From positions 32,001-96,000 of the IMG/VR virus record IMGVR_UViG_3300049595_001870: a stretch of DNA of 64,000 nucleotides. One strand, written 5' to 3'. The notes beneath the pieces are model-generated. The model worked only from the letters and a program-made list of their open reading frames with translations, ran no database searches and was not told the DNA's origin. Shown piece by piece: positions 17,942 through 27,200 of the stretch (position 1 is the first letter of the stretch; each line of letters opens with the position of its first letter). Origin of the DNA: a virus. A program made the position numbers and the translations under genes.

Positions 17942-19146
17942 TACCGCAACCTCCCAATCAGTGCGTCCTGCCTCGCCTGATCTTCCAACTGCTTGGCACG
18001 GATCTGTGCGGCCATGCTCATGCCGGTCATCACTTGACCGGGAGCGAACTCAATGCCGATCTGCTTGGCGATGGGGAGTAGCTTTCCGGACTTGCTCGCG
18101 GCTGCGATCCCAGGAGCGTCAAACACGGGGTTGAAGAGATCGTCGGTCGCCATGCCCAGGAAGTACGCCGGGGTTTCCGGCACCCCCTGGCCCATGAAGT
18201 AGTCCTTGCCCTCCTGGAGATCGACGCTCTGCGCCTCGTCAGACAGGCCGCCATACTGCATGGCGTCGTACATGGTCGTTCCGTAGGGCGTTGGGTTGTA
18301 TCCCATCTGCCCCCAGTTCACCCCGGCATCAAAATCCTGCCGCGTATCCTTCATGTCCGACCACGCGGAGTGACCTTCGCCTGCCTGCGGCGCGTAGCCG
18401 ACAGCCTCGGCCATCGCTTGCCCCGGAGCCGTGAGAGTGTTGGCGGCATATGCCAGATTCTTTCCCGCGTCTGGGAACTGAACGCCAGGAGTTCCGCCCA
18501 TCGCCTTGCTCGTCACATAGTCCGCGGCGTTGCCGACGTTTTCCCCAATGGCATACAGCGTGGACGGGAGCGACTGCCCCCATGTCAACGCAGTGTTGAC
18601 GGGAGAACCCTCACCCAAGACTCCCGTAGTTTCTGTCGGACTTGTCAGGCGATCCCTATACCCGTCTTGGTTGGCGGCATAGGCGTACATGTCCAGCGCC
18701 AGCTCCTCGGGCAACTGTCGCCAAGCCGAAGGAAACATGCCGTTCACCGGCTTGCCGTACGCCGCGAGCATCTGCTCCATCATCTCCGCCTGCTGAAGGC
18801 CAGACTGCCTCGCCTGCGGGAGCTTGGGTCGCTGGAACGGGCTCTGAAACCCAGCCGTCTCTTGCGCCGCAGGGGTTGGGACGCCAGCGGAAACGTCTTG
18901 GACCAGCGCCTCCACATATCGGCCGAGCTGCCGCTGCGGGTCAAAGCGGTATGCCGCCGAACCCTCCTGTGTGTTCAACTGCGGGTTGATGGCATCCGCC
19001 GCAGCCTGCCGGGCACGGTCCTCCGAGGCAGCCTGACTCTGGTAATACCAGTCAGTCACATCTTCCGTGATGTTGCCGAGCGAGAAGTTGCGGCTAGAGC
19101 GAGGAAACCACGGGCGATTCCCGGCACGGAGTTCATCGGCCATCAC
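17941..19146 (-). CDS. Hypothetical protein, possibly internal virion
   Basis: 401-aa coupled ORF, A/G/Q rich. Confidence 0.55.
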   Translation of the reverse strand: MMADELRAGNRPWFPRSSRNFSLGNITEDVTDWYYQSQAASEDRARQAAADAINPQLNTQEGSAAYRFDPQRQLGRYVEALVQDVSAGVPTPAAQETAGFQSPFQRPKLPQARQSGLQQAEMMEQMLAAYGKPVNGMFPSAWRQLPEELALDMYAYAANQDGYRDRLTSPTETTGVLGEGSPVNTALTWGQSLPSTLYAIGENVGNAADYVTSKAMGGTPGVQFPDAGKNLAYAANTLTAPGQAMAEAVGYAPQAGEGHSAWSDMKDTRQDFDAGVNWGQMGYNPTPYGTTMYDAMQYGGLSDEAQSVDLQEGKDYFMGQGVPETPAYFLGMATDDLFNPVFDAPGIAAASKSGKLLPIAKQIGIEFAPGQVMTGMSMAAQIRAKQLEDQARQDALIGRLR

Positions 19147-19418
19147 CAGCTCCAGTTGCAGGACCAGTAACCGGGCTTTAGCTTGTCGGTCTTCTCGTCG
19201 CAGTTATGCCGGGCTTTGAAGTTGGCCCGACGCCCCTCATCCCCATGCCCGCGGTCAGAGGAGCCTTCCTTGTAGTGCCCCATGCTGGAGTCCCCGAATC
19301 GGACCAGCCGCTCCTGATCCCCCACCTTGGCGCGGACAACAAACTTCTTGCCGCCCTGCGTGTCCCTGACGGGACGGTTGGGAATCAGACTACGAATCTT
19401 GTCGCCGTCCCTGTCCAC
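19143..19418 (-). CDS. Small basic conserved phage protein
   Basis: 91 aa; VRFGD...FKARHNC...YWSC..W motif. Confidence 0.55.
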   Translation of the reverse strand: MDRDGDKIRSLIPNRPVRDTQGGKKFVVRAKVGDQERLVRFGDSSMGHYKEGSSDRGHGDEGRRANFKARHNCDEKTDKLKPGYWSCNWSW

Positions 19419-19557
19419 TCAGCTTCCTCCACTGCTTCTTGTCGGGGTAGTCCTTGTCCCCAGGCTTGGCAGGAGCCTCACCACGCTCCCGCTTGGCACG
19501 GATGTTGTCCCACAACCCGCGCCGCAACTGCCGGACCTTGTCGCCGTCCTTATCCAC
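19390..19557 (-). CDS. Small basic conserved phage protein (55 aa)
   Basis: Manual translation from GTG: MDKDGDKVRQLRRGLWDNIRAKRERGEAPAKPGDKDYP... Confidence 0.5.
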   Translation of the reverse strand: MDKDGDKVRQLRRGLWDNIRAKRERGEAPAKPGDKDYPDKKQWRKLSGQGRRQDS

Positions 19558-19864
19558 GGCGGTTGTCTTCGGTGTAGCTGTAGGTCTGGTTCCCCTGCGC
19601 TGGCTGCTGCGGCGGCGTGAACTGGAAGGTGCTGCGGCCTTCCTTGCGGGCGAGCTGATCCAAGAGCTGGCGGATCATCTGACCTTGCGGATCGCTCGCG
19701 GACGCATCCGCCTCCAGGCCCGAATGCACCGCGCGGGTGGCAGCGAATTCCCCGGGCCCCATGTACATCATGCCAGGGCCGGTATACACCGTCCGACCGG
19801 CGGCGTCGGTCCCGGCGCCTGATCGGGCAATAAAGTTATTCAACCGAGCATTGGGGCTATCCAT
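19550..19864 (-). CDS. Hypothetical protein
   Basis: 104 aa, coupled to neighbours. Confidence 0.5.
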   Translation of the reverse strand: MDSPNARLNNFIARSGAGTDAAGRTVYTGPGMMYMGPGEFAATRAVHSGLEADASASDPQGQMIRQLLDQLARKEGRSTFQFTPPQQPAQGNQTYSYTEDNRRG

Positions 19865-20310
19865 CAGGCTCTCCTTTTGTAGTTACCAGTCTTATAGGTG
19901 CCGTCTGCACGGGCACGCTTGATTCGCTCTAACAAATAATCAACGCCTTCCTGGCTGCCTTGCGAAGCCAGCGAAGCGCCCGCGGGATTGTGCATGCCAA
20001 ACCGCCGCTCATACGCCTGCCGGGCACGTTCCATGCGAAGCTGCCGCATGGCCTCTTGCGGATCCATCGGCGGTGGCGAGCTGGAGGGCAAGCCGGGGAA
20101 GATGTCATTAACGTCCAAGGTCGGCTTGGCTGCGTTCGTTGCCACCGGACGGACAACGGCTCCTTGTGGCCCGATCATCGCCGGAACGGCAGGCCAAGAA
20201 GCGACCTCGGCATCGGCGGCCGTCTCTGGGAGCCCCGCACCTAGATCCTCTGGGAACAACTGGTACGGCCTGTAGCCCTTCAGCCGCTCTTCGTTGAACT
20301 GCATATTCAT
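19864..20310 (-). CDS. Hypothetical protein
   Basis: Likely start MNMQFNEERL at 20310 (ATGA overlap with upstream stop); track ORF start is further upstream. Confidence 0.5.
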   Translation of the reverse strand: MNMQFNEERLKGYRPYQLFPEDLGAGLPETAADAEVASWPAVPAMIGPQGAVVRPVATNAAKPTLDVNDIFPGLPSSSPPPMDPQEAMRQLRMERARQAYERRFGMHNPAGASLASQGSQEGVDYLLERIKRARADGTYKTGNYKRRA

Positions 20311-20984
20311 ACTGAACCATTGCCCTTCTTCCTGGCCCGGCGAATCGCCAAGCGGATCAACATCTTGCCCGCCGCATGCACGTACGGGAGGTTCCTCTTC
20401 TTGGCCTCCTCTTCCAACCAGCCGGAGATGGTGTCGATGTTCTCTTCGCACCAATCGCAGCCGCGCTCATTCATCACCTTGGCCCGCTGGTTACAGGGGC
20501 AAGAGGGCGTGGCTGTGATGCCGAGATAACTCAGCAGCGACTTCAGCTCCGCGCCGGGGCCAAACTCCACGGCCAGCGGACCAGACGAAGAACTACATGG
20601 AGTCTCATACGGAGTCTCCTGAAAGGGATACGCCTCGGTTCCCACATCTTCCACAGTCGGCTCGTCGCAGGCGCAGCCCTCATTGCAGCCCGCCAGAAGC
20701 TCCCAGCCGTTCTCCCAGAATCCACCAACCCAGACCGGCTGCCACTGGCAAGGCCCGCCGCAGCCATCGCCCGGCACGCATTCCCCGTCCACGCAGACGC
20801 AGCCCTCAGAACAGTCAGCGTCCTCGTCGCAAGTCCCGCTACAGCACGGACTGGGCTCGCACACCCCCGAGCAGCAATACTCGCCCTCCTGGCAGCACTC
20901 GCCATAGATGCCACCGCAGCAGCACTTGCCTTCCTGGCCTTCAGTGCAGTCCACATTCCCGCAGCAGCACTTACAGCAGGTCAT
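20307..20984 (-). CDS. Cysteine-rich protein
   Basis: 225 aa from MTCCKCCCG, about 30 Cys; C-terminal GPGAELKSLL...CPCNQRA..M...G.DWC domain. Confidence 0.6.
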   Translation of the reverse strand: MTCCKCCCGNVDCTEGQEGKCCCGGIYGECCQEGEYCCSGVCEPSPCCSGTCDEDADCSEGCVCVDGECVPGDGCGGPCQWQPVWVGGFWENGWELLAGCNEGCACDEPTVEDVGTEAYPFQETPYETPCSSSSGPLAVEFGPGAELKSLLSYLGITATPSCPCNQRAKVMNERGCDWCEENIDTISGWLEEEAKKRNLPYVHAAGKMLIRLAIRRARKKGNGSV

Positions 20985-21373
20985 CGTCTTCCCAATCCAG
21001 CCAGACGATGTCGGTGAGCAGAGACTCCATACCGACCATTGCGACACAGAGGCCCGAGAGCAGGCGGAGAACGGCGATTCCACGCGAGCGACACACGGCG
21101 ACAAAAGGCCGCGACACACGGGGGAGAGCGGGAAACGACATGTGGGGGCTAGTAGGGTGAAAAAATCCAGGGGTGGATATGACCTGATACGCGCGACGCG
21201 CTGGGGGGCCTCGGGGGGTGCGTCTCTTCGCTCCTGCCCGTGTCGTAACCCCTTTGCCTGCAACGGGTTACGCTTGCGGGATATTGGCGGAACGGGCATC
21301 CCGCCCTCAGTCTCATTTTGAGACAGCCCACAATCGACACTGCGACATGTCGGGATGCATCGACACTTCAACG

Positions 21374-21412
21374 AAAAAAACCCCGGGAAGCCCGCAAGCC
21401 CCCCGGGGTTCG
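21374..21412 (-). terminator. Rho-independent terminator
   Basis: Minus strand AACCCCGGG...CCCGGGG stem followed by T7, just after 21433..22071. Confidence 0.75.
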
Positions 21413-21432
21413 ATGATCGCCCTATGCCGCTG

Positions 21433-22071
21433 TCACTCCGCCGAGAACCCGCAAGCCTCACGGACCAACTCCCGGACCCCGGGAAGCCCAAGACGCTTGG
21501 CCAAGCGGTACGCCTTCCGGCCTAACGCGGGGCTTGTGGCGATCCTCTCCACCGCTTCGGCCACACTGGCGGGTCCGAAGGCGGCCCGGGCTTTCGCCCT
21601 CTCCCGGGCTTGAATCTCGCCCGCTGCAATCTTGGCCACACTCATTTTGACGGGCTTGCCATCGCTCCCCCGGGGAACCCGCTTGGCGGTCGATTGACGC
21701 CGGTTGCCGGTGAACCCGTGCCATCCTGACCGCCGAGCGTACGCCCGTACGCTGTAGTAAGCCCGGGCATGATCCCCCCGGGGAATCTGGCGGGCTCCCC
21801 AGTTACGCCCCAGCCAGTGAAGATAGAACGCGCTGGCCGCTTCCTGCGCCGCATCCTCGGAAAGCCCGTCCCGCTGGGCGTCACGGGCGAAGCGGTCGCG
21901 GATCGTCAGATGATCCTCGGGCGGAAGGTCCGTCGGATCGTAGGGCCGCATTGGCCATTCGCAGGAAGCCCCGTTGTGGGCGAAATACAGGCTAATCGGT
22001 TGCATGGTCAAACCCTCGGGAAGTGTTACCCCCGGGAGACAGTCCCCCGGGCGGTCCGTTGAATGTAGCAC
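21433..22071 (-). CDS. Hypothetical protein divergent from the early operon
   Basis: Up to 212 aa, start uncertain, followed by a terminator. Confidence 0.5.
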   Translation of the reverse strand: MLHSTDRPGDCLPGVTLPEGLTMQPISLYFAHNGASCEWPMRPYDPTDLPPEDHLTIRDRFARDAQRDGLSEDAAQEAASAFYLHWLGRNWGARQIPRGDHARAYYSVRAYARRSGWHGFTGNRRQSTAKRVPRGSDGKPVKMSVAKIAAGEIQARERAKARAAFGPASVAEAVERIATSPALGRKAYRLAKRLGLPGVRELVREACGFSAE

Positions 22072-22118
22072 AATCGGACCCCGTTACAATCGGCCGATTT
22101 CCCGGGCGAAAGTAGTAA

Positions 22119-22402
22119 AAAGATTTTTCCCAAGATTTTTTTCGCCGTCCCGCTGTATAGGTGTTGTGAGAGTGAGTGAGTGAGTGTGAGTGAGTGAGTG
22201 AGTGAGTGAGCCTTTCGCTCGCTTGTTCGCTTGTTCGCTCGCTTGTTCGATTCACGGGCATTCTCCCGGTTTTCCGGGGGTGTGCCGCTCACACTGGCGC
22301 AGATTCTGTCTGCGGTCAGCGTACGAAAAAAATCCTTCCGTGCGAAAGATTTTTTTGTGCGTCCCGCTGTATATGTTGTGCGGTGAGTGTGAGTGTGAGT
22401 GT
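22119..22402 (+). repeat. Two copies of AAGATTTTTT-N4-CGTCCCGCTGTATA, each followed by GTGAGT/GAGT microsatellite, plus GCTTGTTC x3
   Basis: CGTCCCGCTGTATA at 22146 and 22360 with identical spacing to AAGATTTTTT; (GAGT)n about 22166-22210; GCTTGTTC in 22221-22248. Confidence 0.85.
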
Positions 22403-22468
22403 AACGCTCGCAATGCGGGGAGTAACGTATTACTCTATCCGCATGCGGGCAGCATATGAGGTGACACT

Positions 22469-22648
22469 ATGGACGATGAGGATCGTTCGCAGTTCGCCCG
22501 GCCTGGGTCTGCGTTGCGTCGGGCCACCAAGGGGAATCCTCGGATTCACCCGTGCCCAACGTGCAAAGAGCCCAACAGACTGACCCCCGCGGATGTTCGC
22601 CGGGGATACCAGTGTGATGCCTGTGCGGACAGGGATGAAGGTGTGTGA
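22469..22648 (+). CDS. Small Zn-ribbon protein, first early gene
   Basis: Manual translation MDDEDRSQFARPGSALRRATKGNPRIHPCPTC...YQCDAC; GAGGTG SD. Confidence 0.6.
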   Translation: MDDEDRSQFARPGSALRRATKGNPRIHPCPTCKEPNRLTPADVRRGYQCDACADRDEGV

Positions 22649-22751
22649 CGGGATCCGATCCCGGGCAGTGACAGCCCCTCCGGGGGTTATTCCGTGTTGC
22701 TGTCCGGGTTCGGCTGCCGTTCGGTAGTCGGTTCTATCAACGGAGGTGCGT

Positions 22752-23501
22752 ATGCGACTGGCATATGCACCGGCCAACGCCAAGCTCCGCCGTCTTCAGG
22801 AGCGTTTGGGCGTCAAGGTCTACTCCTTTGACATGCTGTCAGGAGTGACCTGTCCCGCAGCCAAGGACTGTAAGTCTTGGGCTGTGGAGTACGGACGCGG
22901 CAAACGCAAGATTCAAGACGGGAAGCACACGTTGTTCCGGTGCTTTTCGGCCTCGCAAGAGGCTCAGTACACGGATGTGTACAAGTTTCGTAAGGCCAAC
23001 ATGGATGCGGCCCTGTCGCTTGCGGCAGAGTCGCCCATGAAGTGTGCCTCGGCTCTGGTTGAGGCTCTGCCTGACCGGGCAGCGGTGATTCGCATCCATG
23101 TGGCTGGGGATTTCAAGATCCTCAACTACTTCGATGCGTGGCTGGAGGTGTGCGAACGCAGGCCCGACCTGCGGCTGTATGCCTACACCAAGATGTTGTC
23201 GTTCTGGCAGAAGCGGCGGGACATCCTGCCTGCGAATCTGGCCCTGACTGCCAGCAGGGGTGGTCGGTTCGACCATCTGATCGACAGCGAGGGATTCCGT
23301 GAGTCGGTAGTGGTCTACAGCGAGGCCAAGGCCAAACGGCTGCGGCTGGCTATCGACCATGATGACAGCCATGCGTACTCGCTCACTGGCGGGTCGTTTG
23401 CCCTGCTGATCCACGGCACTCAACCGCCGGGCAGCGAGGCTGGCAAGGCCGTGCGGGCCTTGCGCGGGAAGGGTTCCTACAACCGGAAAGTGAAGGTGTG
23501 A
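22752..23501 (+). CDS. Gp88-like phage protein
   Basis: GVTCPAAKDC...CF, IRIHVAGDF and LYAYTK motifs; GGAGGTG SD before ATG at 22752. Confidence 0.6.
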   Translation: MRLAYAPANAKLRRLQERLGVKVYSFDMLSGVTCPAAKDCKSWAVEYGRGKRKIQDGKHTLFRCFSASQEAQYTDVYKFRKANMDAALSLAAESPMKCASALVEALPDRAAVIRIHVAGDFKILNYFDAWLEVCERRPDLRLYAYTKMLSFWQKRRDILPANLALTASRGGRFDHLIDSEGFRESVVVYSEAKAKRLRLAIDHDDSHAYSLTGGSFALLIHGTQPPGSEAGKAVRALRGKGSYNRKVKV

Positions 23502-24225
23502 CATGCGGACAAGTCTGACCGGCCGCCTTGTGCGTGCGGCCGACGACTTGCGGAGGCTGCGGTCTGATCTGAACAGCCTGGCCGTGGCACTGCTGACGGA
23601 TGACAACGGCATATCACAAGAGTCCTACGGACTGCTGCGGTCAGTGTTTGCCCGTGTCGGCGGCATGCCGGCCCTGAACGTCGATGCGACGGACGGGCGG
23701 TTCTACATTCCGGAGGAGGTGTGACATGAACAAAGATTTTGGCGAGACAGTCGCCAAGTACTTTTACGGCGAGGGGAAGTGGGTGTCGGTCTATGCGTGC
23801 TACCCAGACATGGAGGCTTACGACAATCGAACGCCGGACTACTGGGATGTGTACGACGAGAACGGAGCATGCCTCAACGAGGGTGAGGCGTTCTATGCGA
23901 TGCCCACTTGGGGCGATGTGCTGAAGTCCTACATCAAGCAGGAGGTGTGACATGCGGAAGCTGAGCGATGAGCCTTTGGTCTGGCAGTACGGCCTCCACC
24001 GCGTCGTCAATGGCGTACCGCAGTGGCTGTCTGTAGATGGCGATTGGCTGCCTGACTCTAACACCGAAAACTTACGCATCCGCAGGTTCCTCTCGCTGGC
24101 GGCAGCGAAGCGAGCGTGGGAGGACGAGATGCCGCATGCGCTGGATGCGTGGGCTCGCTCCATTGGTATTTTCCAGGGGAAGCGAGATGTGACAGAGGCC
24201 CTTTATCGCGGGGAGGTGTGACATG
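23492..24225 (+). repeat. Repeated gene-junction motif G(G/A)AGGTGTGACATG (SD + stop + start) x4
   Basis: At 23492, 23715, 23941 and 24212; the last three are identical 14-mers. Confidence 0.85.
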
Positions 24226-27200
24226 GTGGCGATTGTGACCAAGTATCACGGCCCGACCAACACGCGGGGTTCCCGTGTGTCTGCGTCTGCCAACGGGCAC
24301 CGCGTTGAGGTGACCCATGAGTCTGCTCTGGACTCCGAGGCCAACCATCGCCAGGCATTGCGTGCCCTATGCGACAAGCTGGGGTGGGATGAGGACAGGT
24401 TCTACGGCGGTGCCATGGACGATGGCAGGTGGGCCTGGGTGCCTGTCTTTACCTACGACTGGGAGCAGCGACACAAGGAGCAAGCCAATGCAAACTGACC
24501 TGTACAAGGGTGTGGACTGGGCCCCGCATGTGCGTGAGTTCTATGCGGAGTGGCTCAGATTCACTGGCCTGCGGGCGGATAGTCGCCGGTCTTTCGACCG
24601 ATTCGTAGCCCTGATGGAGGAACGCATGGGCGACTTCCTGATGGATCAGTGTGCGGACTTTTCTGGGATGGGTCTTATCCGGGAGGAGGTGAGCGATGCG
24701 ACTGCGTGATCGGTTCAATGCCTGGGTCCAGGCCCGGGTGGATGCGGTGCTGCTGCCGCGTGTGCGGCGGTGCGTGCAGGCTGAGGCCCAGCCTATCGAC
24801 TTCCAGCGGCTGGCGCTGGAAACGTCCACCTTGCGTGGGTTCAGCAAGGAGGTGGCGGATGCGCTGGAGCTGGACAACGACTTCTGCCGGCGGCTGGCAG
24901 AGGAGATTCCGGCCAGCGACATCGCATACCACATCGACGCCGAGGAGGTGGCCAAGGAGGTGGAGGTGGACATCTGCGTGTCCGATGTGGCCGAGAGTCT
25001 GGACATGTCGGAGCTGGCCGGGGAGATCGATTACGAGGCGCTGGCGGCGGCGCTCGTTCGCATGGCAGCAAAGGGGGTGACCAAGTGAGACATGTGGAAT
25101 TCCGCAAGTTGGTGGACGCTGTCATCGAAGCCCACTGCGGGCTGGGGTCCATGGATCTGCCCGACTTCGATCTGTGGAGCTACTTCGACGAGGACATGAC
25201 ATCCGAAGAGGCGCAGGAGGCGGCGCGTGATGCCGCCATCGACCTGCTGGTGGAAGAGGGCTTTCCGTTTGAGGAGGGTGCGTGATGCAGAAGTGGGTGG
25301 CCCATGCGATTGCGTCTCACGGCCCGTCTCTGGACGAGCGATGGGTTGGTGATGTGACTGCCGGCGTGGCGGGCGATCTGCCGGCGTTCATTGCGGCAGC
25401 GGCGACGGCGGCGCGTGAGTTGGCCGACGAGCAGTTGGCCGAAGAGTTCTTGGATGCCTTGGCGGCAGTCAATATCGACCGTGTGTTGGGGAAGACCGTC
25501 TTCTACTAGGGGGTGCGTGATGAGCTATCGACCGATGGTGAAGGTGGGCAATGAGTGGGCTGGCAATGGCATTCGCTTTGCCACCCGGGCAGAGGCCGAG
25601 GCTTCCGCCCGTGATCTGTACGGACGATGGACCCTGTGTGTGGATCACCGGGCAGATGAGTCCGATGATCAGGTAAACTGTGAGTGGGATTCGTCCCGTG
25701 GCAATGTGCATTTGGAGGTGGTCAATGCCTGAGATTCCAAACATCCCGCAGTCCGTGCGGATATACGTGGCTCCTGTCGGCACAGTGGACTCCCCTGTTC
25801 ATGGCTGCATTCCGTTCGTCGTTCGGGCCTACGACAACACCCGCACTGGCGAGGTGATGTGGCGGGGCAGCTACTACCAGAACGTCAATGGCTTCCCAAT
25901 GTACGTCGCCGCTAGGCAGGCGGCCGAGCGTGAATGCGGCGTGCGTAACTGGCACATCGTCAACCCAGAGGAGGTGAGCAGTGCCTAGGCACAGACGTTC
26001 TCGCACCGACTACCCGGCTGGCGTGATTGCCATCTATGACAACTGCGGCAAGACCATCGACCGATACGAGGTGGTGTTCTCGCCTGCGTCCAGTGATGGG
26101 GTGCAGTTCTTTCCCATCCTGTACATGAGCCCCGATCCGTTCCATCCGCAGGGCGTGGGGCAGCATTCCGAAACGCTGTTCCGCCCGACGCGGATGCCCG
26201 ATCAGCGCGTGATTGATTGGGCCGATCTCCCTGAACGATGCAAGCAGTGTGTTCTGCAAGACTTGGAGGTGACCAATGCCTAAACAGCGGCGGCGGTATG
26301 CCGTGATCGGCTGGTGTGCCGTCGATGTCCTGGAGCATAGGCCGGGCTGGACCCGCAAGCAGTGCAACGAGTTTCTGGAGGCCAACGAGGATCACGTCCA
26401 GTTGGCGATGATTGAGGCTGGCAATGCGGCGATCAGGGAGTGCCTGCCGCCGGGGAACGATGAGGACACAGAGGAGGTGGTCAATGCCTAACCCAAACGT
26501 CAGTCAGAGCCACTTCGCCAAGGCTGCTGCCGGCAAGGCGGCGACGTTTTGCGAAGAGGCCAAGAGCGAGGCAAGCCTAGCCGTTATTGCCCGCATGGTA
26601 CTGGAGGAGTTCGACACGGCCCCCAAGTCGCAGGAGTACCTAGCCCTCGCGGCTGCGTTCAGCAAGTCGCATGGCAAGAACGAATGGGTGATAGTGGACG
26701 ACATTGTCCGTGCGTTCAAATGGTTTCGGAGGTGACGACATGACATCCGGTGACCTCGCCAAGATGGCCCGTGCCGCAGCCGTCATTGAGTCTGTGCTGG
26801 GCCGGGACTTTGTGTGCTACACCCGGTCAGAGTTCGATGGTGAGTACGGCAAGGGTGCCTTGCTCATCCTGCAACATGAGAGCTGCGATCCGCTGTACCC
26901 GTATGTGAACTACGACGGTTTGCAATACGGCAAGATCGAACAGTTGTCCGATGCGTTGTCGGCTGCTGGGTTCTGGGTGGAGGACTGCACGGGGTGGTAC
27001 TCCGGTGTCTATGAGAAGGAGGTGGCGTAATGCGAGTGCGATATGCGGCTGGCGAAATTGTTGATGTGGACTCCGGCGTGTTCACTGCCTCGCCCATTCG
27101 CGGCGAGGGCTGGGTGCGATGCGAGGTGGTGTGCGACACCGACAACGTGGATCAGACGTACATCAGCCCCCTCCCGCCGCACCTTGGCTCGCCCCTATAC

